Source of the DNA: a virus
Length of the DNA stretch: 64,000 nt
Strand: one strand, 5' to 3'
IMG/VR virus record: IMGVR_UViG_3300037247_001116
Coordinates: 1 to 64,000 of that record
Program-made: the position numbers and the translations under genes
Shown here: in pieces, positions 52,417-62,403 of the stretch
How positions within the stretch are numbered: position 1 is the first letter of the stretch
Layout of the letters: every line of letters starts with the position of its first letter
The notes under the pieces: model-generated
Seen by the model: the letters and a program-made list of their open reading frames with translations, nothing else
Databases searched by the model: none
Told to the model about the DNA's origin: nothing

Positions 52417-53394
52417 ATGAAAGTTAAATTAACTGCTGAACAAAAATCAGCACTAAAAGAAGAAATGCAGAAAGCAGGAGCAATGTCTGCGGCTGATAGA
52501 GAAATTTTTATCGCCAAGACGATAGGTGAGGTCTATGATTTAGAACTCCCTATTCCTGAAGTTATTTCTGCAATTGCTCGTTTCGAGCGCGTTGCTGTTG
52601 GAGAGCATTTGTTTTATAATGTTCCTGCCGCAATTACAAAAGCCGTTAGAACGATTACATCAGGTTGTGTTTTAACGCAAACCAAAGTTAGCCCGAACAC
52701 TCGTACAGAGGTTTCTTGGACTGACTTGGTTTCTGAACAAGTATATGTTTGTTTGCATGATTGGGTCAAAGGCGATCACGACGTGCTTACATTCAATGCT
52801 GACGCGATTCAGGAAGCAATGGATCGTAAGGAAATCTATCTTGTATTAGCTTTGGCTCTTGCAGGAGCAGTTTCCGAAAGTAATGTGTATACACTTCGCA
52901 GTGGTGAAGATAAGTTCGTTTATCCTGACCTTGTTGATATGGCTCGTTCTATCGCAAGATATGGTAAAGATCTTGTGCTTATTACTGGTGGAGAAATCAC
53001 GACTGACATTCAGTTGTTGAATTATGATGCTGATAAAAATAGTTCGGTTTCTATTTTTGACGTTGTTCAGAAGCATATTCCAATTGAAGAGTTAAGCGTT
53101 ACGATTAATGGCACACCTACGGTTGTGCTTGCGGCTGATGTAGCCATTTTGGTTGCTGTATCTGATGCCAAAAAGAATCGTTCCCTGCTTGTCGCTCGTC
53201 GTCAGATGGGTCAAGTTGTACAGAAAAGCGATACGGAATACATGGATCAAGCGGCTGAACGTATTGTTATTTCTACTGGCAACACGGTAGGTGTTGGAAC
53301 TGACATGTTGTTAGCAAAGGGTTTTGTCGGTTTTGAAGAGTTTAGTGGCACGTCTTTGAATGACAAGACGTATGCTAAGTTCACGCGAGAATAA
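52417..53394 (+). CDS. Major capsid protein
   Basis: 325 aa directly after the protease/scaffold, strong GGAGG RBS, followed by a stem-loop. Confidence 0.7.
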   Translation: MKVKLTAEQKSALKEEMQKAGAMSAADREIFIAKTIGEVYDLELPIPEVISAIARFERVAVGEHLFYNVPAAITKAVRTITSGCVLTQTKVSPNTRTEVSWTDLVSEQVYVCLHDWVKGDHDVLTFNADAIQEAMDRKEIYLVLALALAGAVSESNVYTLRSGEDKFVYPDLVDMARSIARYGKDLVLITGGEITTDIQLLNYDADKNSSVSIFDVVQKHIPIEELSVTINGTPTVVLAADVAILVAVSDAKKNRSLLVARRQMGQVVQKSDTEYMDQAAERIVISTGNTVGVGTDMLLAKGFVGFEEFSGTSLNDKTYAKFTRE

Positions 53395-53408
53395 ACCTCG
53401 TTTAGTAA

Positions 53409-53441
53409 AGAGAAGGGGAGAACAAGATTCTCCTCTTCTCT
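53409..53441 (+). terminator. Stem-loop after the capsid gene (weak U tract)
   Basis: AGAGAAGGGGAGAA-caaga-TTCTCCTCTTCTCT. Confidence 0.6.
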
Positions 53442-53468
53442 CCGATTAATATTTAACAGGAAATAAAA

Positions 53469-53987
53469 ATGCTAAGACAAATTACTCCAAAAGATAGATC
53501 TAATTTCATTCATTTCTGTCAATTTCGTGATCCTTATTCAGATTTTTTTATCACAAAGAATAATAAACGATTATATTTGACCAATATCAAAAATGCATCA
53601 CTAGCATTCGATGACTGTTTAAAGCGAGGAAATAAATGCTTTATTAAAGAAGAAAACGGTGAAATAAAAGCTGTTCTTTTGGTAGTCGGTTTCAAAGATA
53701 AATTTGAAAGAAAATATATAAAAGTTTTAGCAAAATCAAAGAGAGACATCTTAGATTTATTTTCGTTTCTTCAATGGCAGGACTTGACCGATTTATTCAT
53801 GAAAGTCAAAGTGTCAAACACAAATTTTGTTCGATATGATGAAAGAATTAAGCGTTACAAACCATCATATGTTCTTAGGAAAAACGGTTTTTCAGTCATC
53901 TCAATAAGAGATAGAGAAGCCCTTCTTAAAAAAGAAGAGATGAAATTCAAATATAACAAAATAAAATTTAACAAAGATGAGGAATAA
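53469..53987 (+). CDS. Hypothetical protein, possibly a degenerate GNAT fold
   Basis: LRQITPKD, FIKEENGEIKAVLLV, KV..SN......LRKNGF. Confidence 0.35.
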   Translation: MLRQITPKDRSNFIHFCQFRDPYSDFFITKNNKRLYLTNIKNASLAFDDCLKRGNKCFIKEENGEIKAVLLVVGFKDKFERKYIKVLAKSKRDILDLFSFLQWQDLTDLFMKVKVSNTNFVRYDERIKRYKPSYVLRKNGFSVISIRDREALLKKEEMKFKYNKIKFNKDEE

Positions 53988-53989
53988 TT

Positions 53990-54592
53990 ATGGCTATCGT
54001 CAATACAATAACCAGTGTAACCTCAATTATCAGGGGATTGATTCAAGATCCTTTAAGAACTGATGGTCGTATTGCCTACACTTATAAAACATCTAACGTC
54101 TTTACATTGCCTGACCCGTATTTATCGTCTGCAACAATAGTGGTTTTTCACAACGGTGCAGAACTTGTATTAAACACGGATTATACTTATAATTCGGATA
54201 ATAATCAAATCACCATCACAGCCTCTTTAACAGCTAACGATAGTATTGTTGTCACATATTCTTATTATAAGAAATATTCTGATAACGAAATCGAAGGTTA
54301 TTTAGCAAGTTCTTTCGTGTATTTTGTGCAGTATAAATACAAGAAAACATTTTTACTTAATGATGACGATGAAATTGTTGCTGAAAATGACTATGATCCA
54401 TCAACAGACGAGTTATACTTTATTGCTATTATTGCGTCAATTTTGATTGATCCACAGAACATTAAAATTTCTATTCCAGATTTGGCTATTGATGCTAAAA
54501 GGGATAAATCAGACCAAGAACAGATAAAAGATGCATTTAATAATTTTCAAAGTTATCTTGGCTCAATTGATTTTACAAAATATATTAATTAA
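53990..54592 (+). CDS. Putative head-tail adaptor with inserted beta domain
   Basis: IRGLIQD...YSDNEIEGYL pattern; position after the capsid gene. Confidence 0.5.
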   Translation: MAIVNTITSVTSIIRGLIQDPLRTDGRIAYTYKTSNVFTLPDPYLSSATIVVFHNGAELVLNTDYTYNSDNNQITITASLTANDSIVVTYSYYKKYSDNEIEGYLASSFVYFVQYKYKKTFLLNDDDEIVAENDYDPSTDELYFIAIIASILIDPQNIKISIPDLAIDAKRDKSDQEQIKDAFNNFQSYLGSIDFTKYIN

Positions 54593-54603
54593 AAGAGGTA
54601 ATT

Positions 54604-54864
54604 ATGGCTGGTAGATGTTATGAAATTAAAATATCAAATGAAATTATAACCAATGAAATTCCTGACGGTTCTGTTAATTCGTCAAATAAAGATTTTGAGT
54701 TATTAAATACGCCTGTTATTGGAACTGTTGAGGTATATTTGGGCGGTTTAATACAATCTCCTGGTGCTGGTCTGGATTATACGATAAGTGGCAAAACCAT
54801 CTTGTTTATCAAAGCTCCTAGAAATAACAGTGAACTTTTGGTTAGTTATATTAAAGACAATTAA
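54604..54864 (+). CDS. Small virion beta-domain protein
   Basis: NEIPDG..N..N..F.L.NTP..VYL.G..Q..G..DY...F.KAPR; same domain ends 55177-55857. Confidence 0.55.
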   Translation: MAGRCYEIKISNEIITNEIPDGSVNSSNKDFELLNTPVIGTVEVYLGGLIQSPGAGLDYTISGKTILFIKAPRNNSELLVSYIKDN

Positions 54865-54886
54865 TAATTTAAAAAGGAGAAATAAA

Positions 54887-55135
54887 ATGGCTTCTTCAAG
54901 ACCAAAAAAAACTATAGCGAAGAAAAGAGTAACTAAGAAAAAAGTTATAAACACAGATATTAAAAAAGAAATCATTGAAAAACTGTTGAGTGAAAAAAGA
55001 GCAGAAATTCAAAAAAAACTTGAACTTGTTAATAAAGTCAAACAATCTTTACAAAATGAAGCTAAAAAATTATCCGAACTTGAAGGAGCAATTATCGTTC
55101 TTCATGAATTATTAACAGGCGAAAAGGTAGAGTAA
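54887..55135 (+). CDS. Basic coiled-coil hypothetical protein
   Basis: AAGGAG RBS; Lys-rich N-terminus, heptad-repeat C-terminus. Confidence 0.5.
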   Translation: MASSRPKKTIAKKRVTKKKVINTDIKKEIIEKLLSEKRAEIQKKLELVNKVKQSLQNEAKKLSELEGAIIVLHELLTGEKVE

Positions 55136-55176
55136 AAGAGTAGAGGAAATAGAAAGAGTACAAGGAGGATTTAAAA

Positions 55177-55857
55177 ATGGGAAATAGAAATACAGTTATA
55201 TATGGTGATCAAATTGATGATACAGTCCTGGGTGCTGGTTTAGTCAAGAATGTTTCTGATGATTTCACACATAAGCTCGATGTTAATGTCGATGATTCAT
55301 CTATTGAAATTGACACAAACATAGTTAGAGTTAAAGCATCAGGTGTAACCAATGATATGTTAGCTGGTTCAATTGCTGATGGAAAATTGTTACAGGATTA
55401 TATCCAAACTTCTGAAGTTGATGATAGCACAATCGAATTTGGTGGAGGAAGTCTTAATGTTAAAGCATTAGGAATTAATACTGCTGAATTGGCTAATGAG
55501 GCTGTCACTGAAGGAAAAATTGCAATCTTTAATAGCCCGACCATTGGAGAGTATTTAAAATTTACTTCTAATGGAATGGAATGGATTGCTCTTTCTACTG
55601 AGTTTGTTGAAATAACAGATGTTGTTACTAATGAAATTCCAACTGGCTTAATTAATTCTAGCAATACAGATTATGACTTAGCTAATACACCTGTCGAGGC
55701 TACAGTAGAAGTATATTTAAATGGTATATTTCAAGCTCAAGGAGCAGGTTTAGATTATGAACTTAATCCTTCATCTGGTCAAACAGAAACTATTGTTTTC
55801 TCTAAAGCACCGAGAACTAATAGTGACATTTATGTGAGTTATATAATCAATAATTAA
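55177..55857 (+). CDS. Virion fibre/decoration protein
   Basis: VDDS(S/T)IE...(V/L).VKA.G repeats plus a C-terminal domain shared with 54604. Confidence 0.6.
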   Translation: MGNRNTVIYGDQIDDTVLGAGLVKNVSDDFTHKLDVNVDDSSIEIDTNIVRVKASGVTNDMLAGSIADGKLLQDYIQTSEVDDSTIEFGGGSLNVKALGINTAELANEAVTEGKIAIFNSPTIGEYLKFTSNGMEWIALSTEFVEITDVVTNEIPTGLINSSNTDYDLANTPVEATVEVYLNGIFQAQGAGLDYELNPSSGQTETIVFSKAPRTNSDIYVSYIINN

Positions 55858-55870
55858 CAATAATATTTTC

Positions 55871-55896
55871 AGGGGCAGTTAGAAATAACTGCCCTT
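55871..55896 (+). terminator. GAAA-loop hairpin, possible terminator
   Basis: AGGGGCAGTTA-GAAA-TAACTGCCCTT. Confidence 0.55.
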
Positions 55897-55921
55897 GTTA
55901 ATACTTTTTAAAGGCTAAATC

Positions 55922-57400
55922 ATGGCAGATGATGATAGAAGAACGACAATAGATGGCGATCAAATCACTCAGCACACAGTAAGTCCAGAGGAATTAAGAG
56001 AAACTGGTACTCCACAAGTAGGTCAAACACCAGTTTACAAAGAAAATCCTTCAGGTACACCTGATGAATTTAAATGGGTAGGCTGTGATTTTGCACAAAC
56101 TGTTACTGTAGCAAAAGAAGGCGGTGATTATACTACTATTCAAGATGCAATAGATTCTATCACCGATGCTTCTATTGCTAAATTATATGTTATTTTAGTA
56201 TATCCAGGTACTTATACAGAAAATATTATATTAAAATCTTTTGTATCTCTTATAGGAACCAGTGGCACTCATACCTCTATTGCTGGAACAATAGTTTTTC
56301 CTGACGATGCATTAAATCTTGCAGAAATAAGAAATATAGATATTCAGTGGACTTATTCTACCGCAGGTAGTCTTGAAACAGTTATATCTATTCCTAACTG
56401 TGCATTGATAATCTTTGATGCTGTAAGATTAGCTATAGATTCTACTACTAATGATAGTCAAGTATGTATGCTTAATATACAAGGAGGAACTGTTTTATTT
56501 ATATCAAGCAGGATTTTATTAGATCATACTGGCACAAGTGCCTCATCAAACACAATTAATTTAATAAATATTAATGGATCTGGAACAATAGAATTTAATA
56601 ATAATAGTATAAATGTTAATTATGATGATGAAGTTGATAATGTTAGATTTATTAATGAGAATAGTAGTGCAGATATATCTGCAACTTTTAGAAGTAATGT
56701 TATTTTTATGACTTTAGGACATGATTCTTATTCTGGATTAGCGAGAATTTTTAGAATTAGAGGAACAGCATCTGATAAAATTTTTCATAATAATTTTTTT
56801 AGTCTTAAAGCAACTGGTGGATCTGTAACGGGAACTGCTGATTGTATTTCTACCAATACTGATGCTGGTGGTGCTGTAATAAGACTATTCGCCAATCAAT
56901 TAGAAGTAGATGGATTTACCGATAACGATGGTTTCCACATTGCTTCGGGAGATACAGTTATTAATAGAAATACTGCTGTACATGCGACATCGCCCTTTGT
57001 GGGAAGTGGTAATAAAGATTATTTACCTCGGAATGAATATGATTCCAGTGAATCATCATCCACTACAACATCGACTTCTTTACAGGATAAAATATCTTTA
57101 ACAATTGTACCAGGCGCTTCTTCTGAAGTTTGGAGAATTCATGCGTCTTTTGAAGTTAGAGGTAATACTGCTGATATGTATGTAAGAGCAAGATTAAGAG
57201 ACACCACAAACAATGATACTTTATTTGAAAATTGGGAACACATTCATTCAGTTGTTGTTGATGAAGAAATTCAAATAAGTGGATTTGAACAATTAACAAT
57301 CACAGAAGATACCACATTTGTTATACAGTGGCAATCAAATAATGGAGCGAATACTGCTTCTATAAGAAAAGCCCGAATTTGGGCTGAAAGAGTATCATAA
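55922..57400 (+). CDS. Pectin-lyase-like beta-helix spike protein
   Basis: VTVAKEGGDYTTIQDAIDS...ILVYPGTYTENI.L...SLIG cap followed by Asn/Ile-rich beta-helix repeats. Confidence 0.75.
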   Translation: MADDDRRTTIDGDQITQHTVSPEELRETGTPQVGQTPVYKENPSGTPDEFKWVGCDFAQTVTVAKEGGDYTTIQDAIDSITDASIAKLYVILVYPGTYTENIILKSFVSLIGTSGTHTSIAGTIVFPDDALNLAEIRNIDIQWTYSTAGSLETVISIPNCALIIFDAVRLAIDSTTNDSQVCMLNIQGGTVLFISSRILLDHTGTSASSNTINLININGSGTIEFNNNSINVNYDDEVDNVRFINENSSADISATFRSNVIFMTLGHDSYSGLARIFRIRGTASDKIFHNNFFSLKATGGSVTGTADCISTNTDAGGAVIRLFANQLEVDGFTDNDGFHIASGDTVINRNTAVHATSPFVGSGNKDYLPRNEYDSSESSSTTTSTSLQDKISLTIVPGASSEVWRIHASFEVRGNTADMYVRARLRDTTNNDTLFENWEHIHSVVVDEEIQISGFEQLTITEDTTFVIQWQSNNGANTASIRKARIWAERVS

Positions 57401-57632
57401 TGGATTATTTGTATACAAATATTTCAAATCCTAATTTACAAAATATAGAATCGGCAATAATAAATTCTGATATGTTTGATAAAACTATAGAATTTAGTCG
57501 ATGGGATGAAGATCCTGAAGAATTAACTGTAGGTATTTTAAATTTAATATTTACCAATATATTATCTGATGATGACAAAAGTAAACTTGACATCATTGTG
57601 AATGATAATACATAAATAGGGCATAGCCGATT

Positions 57633-58133
57633 ATGGCAAAAATAGATATAGGAACAACTTTTTATTTAGAAACATTAGTATTAGATTCTAATGGCGATCC
57701 TATCACAAGTTTATCTGTGAGCTATAAGGTCATTCGAAGTTCTGATAATACTCTTTTAGATTCTGGAAGTCTTACTCATATAGCCGATGGTGTCTATCAA
57801 AGCTCATATGTTTTTAGTGCAACAGGTCAATATAGAGTTTTATATATAACACCAACACAATATACTGATGATATTGAAACAATTTTAGTAGAAGCAATTT
57901 CCAATAGTGATATCTATGATTTATGCAAGAGAATTTTAGGGTTATCTCAAGAAAATTATAGATTCACCAATCAAGTGTATGATGGCGAAGGATGTTTAAC
58001 ATCTGGAAAAATATCTATTTATTCTAGTGTTTCTGATACAGATAATGAAATTAACCCTATTACTGAATACGCTATAGTTGCTGTCTACAATGCAAACAAA
58101 GAATTAATAGACTATAAGGTAACGGAGATTTAA
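57633..58133 (+). CDS. Hypothetical Ig-like structural protein
   Basis: D..G.PIT...V...G.Y....TGQYRV; RILGLSQEN. Confidence 0.45.
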   Translation: MAKIDIGTTFYLETLVLDSNGDPITSLSVSYKVIRSSDNTLLDSGSLTHIADGVYQSSYVFSATGQYRVLYITPTQYTDDIETILVEAISNSDIYDLCKRILGLSQENYRFTNQVYDGEGCLTSGKISIYSSVSDTDNEINPITEYAIVAVYNANKELIDYKVTEI

Positions 58134-58392
58134 TTTATGTCAGGTCAATCAATTGCGTTAGCTACTAAAGGAATTATTTGCATGGGAGGGGATCGAATTA
58201 TCCGAAGAGTTCTTCCATTACATATGAATCTATTAAATACTACTATTAAATTAAATTTAAAATATTTAGAAACGATTAAATTAAATACATTTTTAGACCA
58301 GAAGAAATTAAGTTTGAAATTAGATGATTTAAAATTAAGCCAAAAATTTACAAATAATTTGAAATTAAATTTGAAAAAATGCGAGGAATAAT

Positions 58393-58755
58393 ATGAAGCG
58401 AAAATATAAACCAATCACCAATATTATAAAAGGCGACTCTTTTAATTTAGAAGGGGATTTAGACACATCCATAGTTGATTGGAAACTTCGGTGTGAAATC
58501 TATGATGGTTGTAATTCTATTAAATTAGCTACTGAAAATAGTGGCGGTTCTGATGATGAAATTGAAATCGCCGACGCGGCAAATGGACAATTTATTATTA
58601 ACGTCGGAAAAAACCTAACAACATGTTTTGATAATAAAAGTTATATTGAAATAGAAGGCGAAACAGCAGATACACCGACAAAGATTTTTACAATTCACCA
58701 AGGCGAAATTTACTTTGAAGATGAAAAAATAATCTGGACTGACCCAAATGCTTAA
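58393..58755 (+). CDS. Structural protein, BppU-N-like beta domain
   Basis: I.KGDSF, I.I.DAANGQF.I....T, YIEIE, TI..G. Confidence 0.45.
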   Translation: MKRKYKPITNIIKGDSFNLEGDLDTSIVDWKLRCEIYDGCNSIKLATENSGGSDDEIEIADAANGQFIINVGKNLTTCFDNKSYIEIEGETADTPTKIFTIHQGEIYFEDEKIIWTDPNA

Positions 58756-58797
58756 AGGTTATTTAGGTAATATAAACATAGATTGGACAGAAAAACA

Positions 58798-59217
58798 ATG
58801 AGTTTCGAACATATTGACCAAAAGATATTTGATGATATTTTTCGTAGAACAGCAGTAAGAGCAATGGTTACTTTGCGAAGTTCTAAGACTAAAGGTGCTA
58901 ATTTCGATCCTAGCAGAAATACGGGGTACGACCACACAAATCAGAACCCATTTGCTGTCAATGTTATTACAAGAACGGTCACAGCAGGTTCTTTGATGTA
59001 TAATCAAATCGGCTTAGTAAAGGCTGGCGCAATTCAAATTATATGCAGTAATAATGATGTTTCGTTGATTGAAAACAGTGAAGTAATTACGATTAATGAT
59101 GTCAATTATTACACCAGAGATGATGCTGTAGGGAACAAATTTTTAATATTTCCTACCCAATTTGCTAAGTATAGTAAAATAATTATATTCAGAAAAGAAG
59201 TGGGCGAAATTGGCTAA
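58798..59217 (+). CDS. Putative head closure protein
   Basis: Position and size before the gp10-like and tail terminator genes. Confidence 0.4.
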   Translation: MSFEHIDQKIFDDIFRRTAVRAMVTLRSSKTKGANFDPSRNTGYDHTNQNPFAVNVITRTVTAGSLMYNQIGLVKAGAIQIICSNNDVSLIENSEVITINDVNYYTRDDAVGNKFLIFPTQFAKYSKIIIFRKEVGEIG

Positions 59218-59698
59218 CGGAAAAGTAACAATTACAGGTCTTGGCGCAAAATTTGTACAAAATCAGGTAACAGCTATTGTCGCAATATCTGAAAGACAGA
59301 TGGAAGCGATGGCTAGAGAGACTGAGTTGGTTATTCAAACCAAGATCCAAGAGCGCATTAAAAGAGATGGTTCCACAGGTAAATTAGCGAAATCTTTTTA
59401 TACAATTAAAACTCCTGGTGGTTGGGGTGTTGGCGACATAGACTACTTAAACGCGAATGCAAAACAATGGTATTGGTTGAATTTCGGAATTGCACAGTCT
59501 GGAAGAACAATCCCGCCTGGTACAAATGAAAATAGTAGAATTAGAGGTCATTTTTCACCAGCTACCAAGGGGCGGTTCGTAAAAGGTTCACCCAGTTTTC
59601 CAATGAATCCAACTAAACCAATCGAAGCTATTAATTATATTCAGGCAACACTTAATGAAGTAAACAGTATCATTGCAAAGGTACTGGCGAGAGGATAA
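59210..59698 (+). CDS. HK97 gp10-like tail completion protein
   Basis: TGKLAKSF, A..W..LNFG, NYIQ. Confidence 0.55.
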   Translation: MANGKVTITGLGAKFVQNQVTAIVAISERQMEAMARETELVIQTKIQERIKRDGSTGKLAKSFYTIKTPGGWGVGDIDYLNANAKQWYWLNFGIAQSGRTIPPGTNENSRIRGHFSPATKGRFVKGSPSFPMNPTKPIEAINYIQATLNEVNSIIAKVLARG

Positions 59699-59700
59699 AC

Positions 59701-60195
59701 ATGGCAAATATTCCTTGGAGTATTGAAAGAAATTTAGAAACTTCTTTAGAAGAATTTTTAAACACTGAAGTTTCTGGAACAACTGTTTTTTATAAAGGCG
59801 TGGCGCAACCTATTAATATTCGTGTAGGCAATGCTTACAAAGATAATTGGTCTATGCCCGTCATCTCTGTTTATGCTGATAGCAAAACTTCTGAGCGCGG
59901 ATTTATTGGAAGTAATAAACGATTAAAATCATATTTAATGATTATTGATGTGCGCGCCCTAGATTTTGGAATGCGTTCTGATTTAACAGATTGGGTAGAA
60001 ACCACAATTAATGATGGCTTTCCAGTCTATACATATACACCATCCGTGTCAACGCCTGACACTCCTGACAAAGTTCTTTTTGGTAAAGCGTCAATAGATT
60101 TTCTATCCAACGCTCCAACGCGCGACACACAGGACTTAAATTTTTATGAGAAGTTCAGACAGAATTTGAGTATTTCTGTCACAATATCTTTATAA
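59701..60195 (+). CDS. Putative tail terminator
   Basis: P.ISV, IDVRA....RSDLTD; position before the tail tube. Confidence 0.45.
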   Translation: MANIPWSIERNLETSLEEFLNTEVSGTTVFYKGVAQPINIRVGNAYKDNWSMPVISVYADSKTSERGFIGSNKRLKSYLMIIDVRALDFGMRSDLTDWVETTINDGFPVYTYTPSVSTPDTPDKVLFGKASIDFLSNAPTRDTQDLNFYEKFRQNLSISVTISL

Positions 60196-60205
60196 GGAGA
60201 TTAAT

Positions 60206-60439
60206 ATGGTAATTTTTTCAGATTGGAAATTTTGGTTATTTGTAGTTGGTATATCTCAGATTGCCTTGACGACATATGGCTTTGCAATTATTAAATTTAA
60301 TGATTTAAAACATCTTTCTAAAGATGTTGGTGATATTAAAACGAATGTAAATGTATTAACAAGTAAGGTGGTTAAAATAGATAAAGGATTGGCAGTGCAG
60401 AAACAAAGAATAAACGATTTAGCGAAATCTAGTAATTAA
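60206..60439 (+). CDS. Small membrane protein with coiled coil (holin-like?)
   Basis: N-terminal TM segment, NDLKHL followed by heptads. Confidence 0.35.
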   Translation: MVIFSDWKFWLFVVGISQIALTTYGFAIIKFNDLKHLSKDVGDIKTNVNVLTSKVVKIDKGLAVQKQRINDLAKSSN

Positions 60440-60454
60440 GAGGAGAAATAAATC

Positions 60455-61687
60455 ATGGCAGATGAAATTTTACATGGGAGAGCAATTAGTCCTTGGATCA
60501 TCCCAAACAAGGGTGGAAGTCCTGACGACTTTCATGGATTGACAAATGTTGGAGCAGACCCAAGTGTTGCTTCAGAAAAAGTTTATGTTATTGGAAAAAC
60601 GGCGGCATGTGGTACAGATAAAGAAACACCAGTGGTAACGGTTCCGTTACCGATGTTAGAAAGAGGAGAAATTGATTCGTATCTTACGCTTGCAAATTTA
60701 GATGCCGAACCTGCTGGTGGTTTTGACCTGCTTGATTTCAGTTCCTCTTTGGTTGATGTAGTTTATTATATTAGAGATGCAAATGCTGGTAATGTTTTAG
60801 CGTCCATGTGGATGCCGAAATGTGCATTAAACAGTTTAGCGATCAATTTCGACGACCCCAAGGGTAGGATTACAAGGGATTTAGAAGTTGGAAGCGACGA
60901 TAGACGAGTTTTCTTAGGTGGAAATAAATATCTTATCCATCTTGAAGACACTGCGCCATCTGGAACTTCTGGTTCTTATGAAATAGATGTTTCTGATCCT
61001 GCACCTGTTGTTGACCCAAATGTTGCATTGTCATATATTCTTCGTATTGATAGAACAAGAGCTGGTGTAACAACCTCTTTGGCTATCACAACGGATTATA
61101 CATATACACATGGAACTTTTACGATTGATGTCCTAGCCGCATTAGCTGATGATGTTTATAATGTTTATTATAGTGCCGCGTCTTTTGGTACGCCAGCAGA
61201 TCCGACAAGTATTGATTCGGATTCGATTTGTTATTTGAAGGCAGAAAACATCACGGTTCTTATTGACGACGGATCTACAGAAGTAGAGATGGACAGGTTA
61301 AGTTCATTATCAATTTCTGTAACGATTAATCGTATTGATGAGAATGTTCTTGGAGATGACGAAACAATTCTTCGTGAAATTACGGACACACCAGTTACAG
61401 TAGCATTTTCTGGTCGTGTTAAAAATTATAACGGAGAAAAGGCATGGATGGCTCAGTTAGGCGACACAGAAGTTATTTCAAGTGTCAAACTTTTTAGCGA
61501 TGCTGTTAAAATCTCTGTTAAAATCCACGACAATGCAGATAAAGACACCTTTTTGATTGGTTATCAGGTTGATAATCTGTCTTACACAGACGGAAGCTTT
61601 TCAACTGATGCTAATGAATTTGGTACGATGGATGTGACCGCCGAAGGCGATAATCTTTTGATTACCACTACTGAAGGCGATCTGTAA
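60455..61687 (+). CDS. Major tail (tube) protein
   Basis: Acidic, beta-rich, 410 aa with tube-like repeats; between terminator and chaperones/TMP. Confidence 0.65.
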   Translation: MADEILHGRAISPWIIPNKGGSPDDFHGLTNVGADPSVASEKVYVIGKTAACGTDKETPVVTVPLPMLERGEIDSYLTLANLDAEPAGGFDLLDFSSSLVDVVYYIRDANAGNVLASMWMPKCALNSLAINFDDPKGRITRDLEVGSDDRRVFLGGNKYLIHLEDTAPSGTSGSYEIDVSDPAPVVDPNVALSYILRIDRTRAGVTTSLAITTDYTYTHGTFTIDVLAALADDVYNVYYSAASFGTPADPTSIDSDSICYLKAENITVLIDDGSTEVEMDRLSSLSISVTINRIDENVLGDDETILREITDTPVTVAFSGRVKNYNGEKAWMAQLGDTEVISSVKLFSDAVKISVKIHDNADKDTFLIGYQVDNLSYTDGSFSTDANEFGTMDVTAEGDNLLITTTEGDL

Positions 61688-61693
61688 TCTACT

Positions 61694-61927
61694 CTGAAAT
61701 CATTGCCGTAAGGCTTGATTGTCAGTTATGTCTAAATCCACATAGGTATAAAGGCTGAGAATTTTATATTTGATATGTGGAGAATGGAATTTGGTGACAC
61801 CTTCTCAGAGGTAAAACACCATTTTCCGATATATGAATGGTAGATAATTGTTGGGTTTCCCGAAGGTTATCTATAAAATGTTTTGAGAAGGAGTGGGATA
61901 CATGAGCGTCCTACCCTTCTCTTACAT
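61694..61927 (+). ncRNA. Candidate structured RNA: five hairpins with a kissing loop
   Basis: Five consecutive stems with G-U pairs, a GNRA loop and complementary loops CTGAGA/TCTCAG. Confidence 0.65.
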
Positions 61928-61943
61928 AAAAAGTGAGGAACGT

Positions 61944-62213
61944 ATGGATAAGAAATTGAAAGAATTTATAAATAAACTCTGTAAAGATCAGAGCCGAACC
62001 CTTGTAGGAAGAATTTGCAAACAAATAGAAATTCTTCAGGATCAACCTAATCTTTCTATTGAAACAAAACAGACTTTAGACCTTTTAAAATCTCTTAACA
62101 AAGAACTCATTTATGAGGAATTTAGGGATTTGAAGAATGCTGTTGTTTTTTATTCAGAAGGTCGCGAATACGAAAAATATCCAATCTACACCCCCACTAA
62201 AGAAACAAAATAG
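61944..62213 (+). CDS. Hypothetical helical protein downstream of the candidate RNA
   Basis: GAGGA RBS and ATG at 61944. Confidence 0.6.
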   Translation: MDKKLKEFINKLCKDQSRTLVGRICKQIEILQDQPNLSIETKQTLDLLKSLNKELIYEEFRDLKNAVVFYSEGREYEKYPIYTPTKETK

Positions 62214-62230
62214 GTGGGGTCTTTTTATTT
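62192..62230 (+). terminator. Rho-independent terminator
   Basis: CCCCAC..GTGGGG stem followed by TCTTTTTATTT. Confidence 0.6.
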
Positions 62231-62403
62231 ACCGAAAGGCTTATTATGGAAGAACGAATGAAGGCATTAGAAGTTGAGATTTCCTATTTGAGAAAAGTTA
62301 TCGAAGAGTTAAAAGAAATGCGTACTGTCGAAATTCACACCCATTTTACAAGTCAATATTTACAATGCCCTGGAAACAAGGAATAATCGTAAGGAGTAAA
62401 AGC

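Noticed and set aside
45730-57400. Diversity-generating retroelement targeting fibre genes
   Set aside because: No reverse transcriptase and no adenine-specific TR/VR pair seen; repeats differ mostly at synonymous positions
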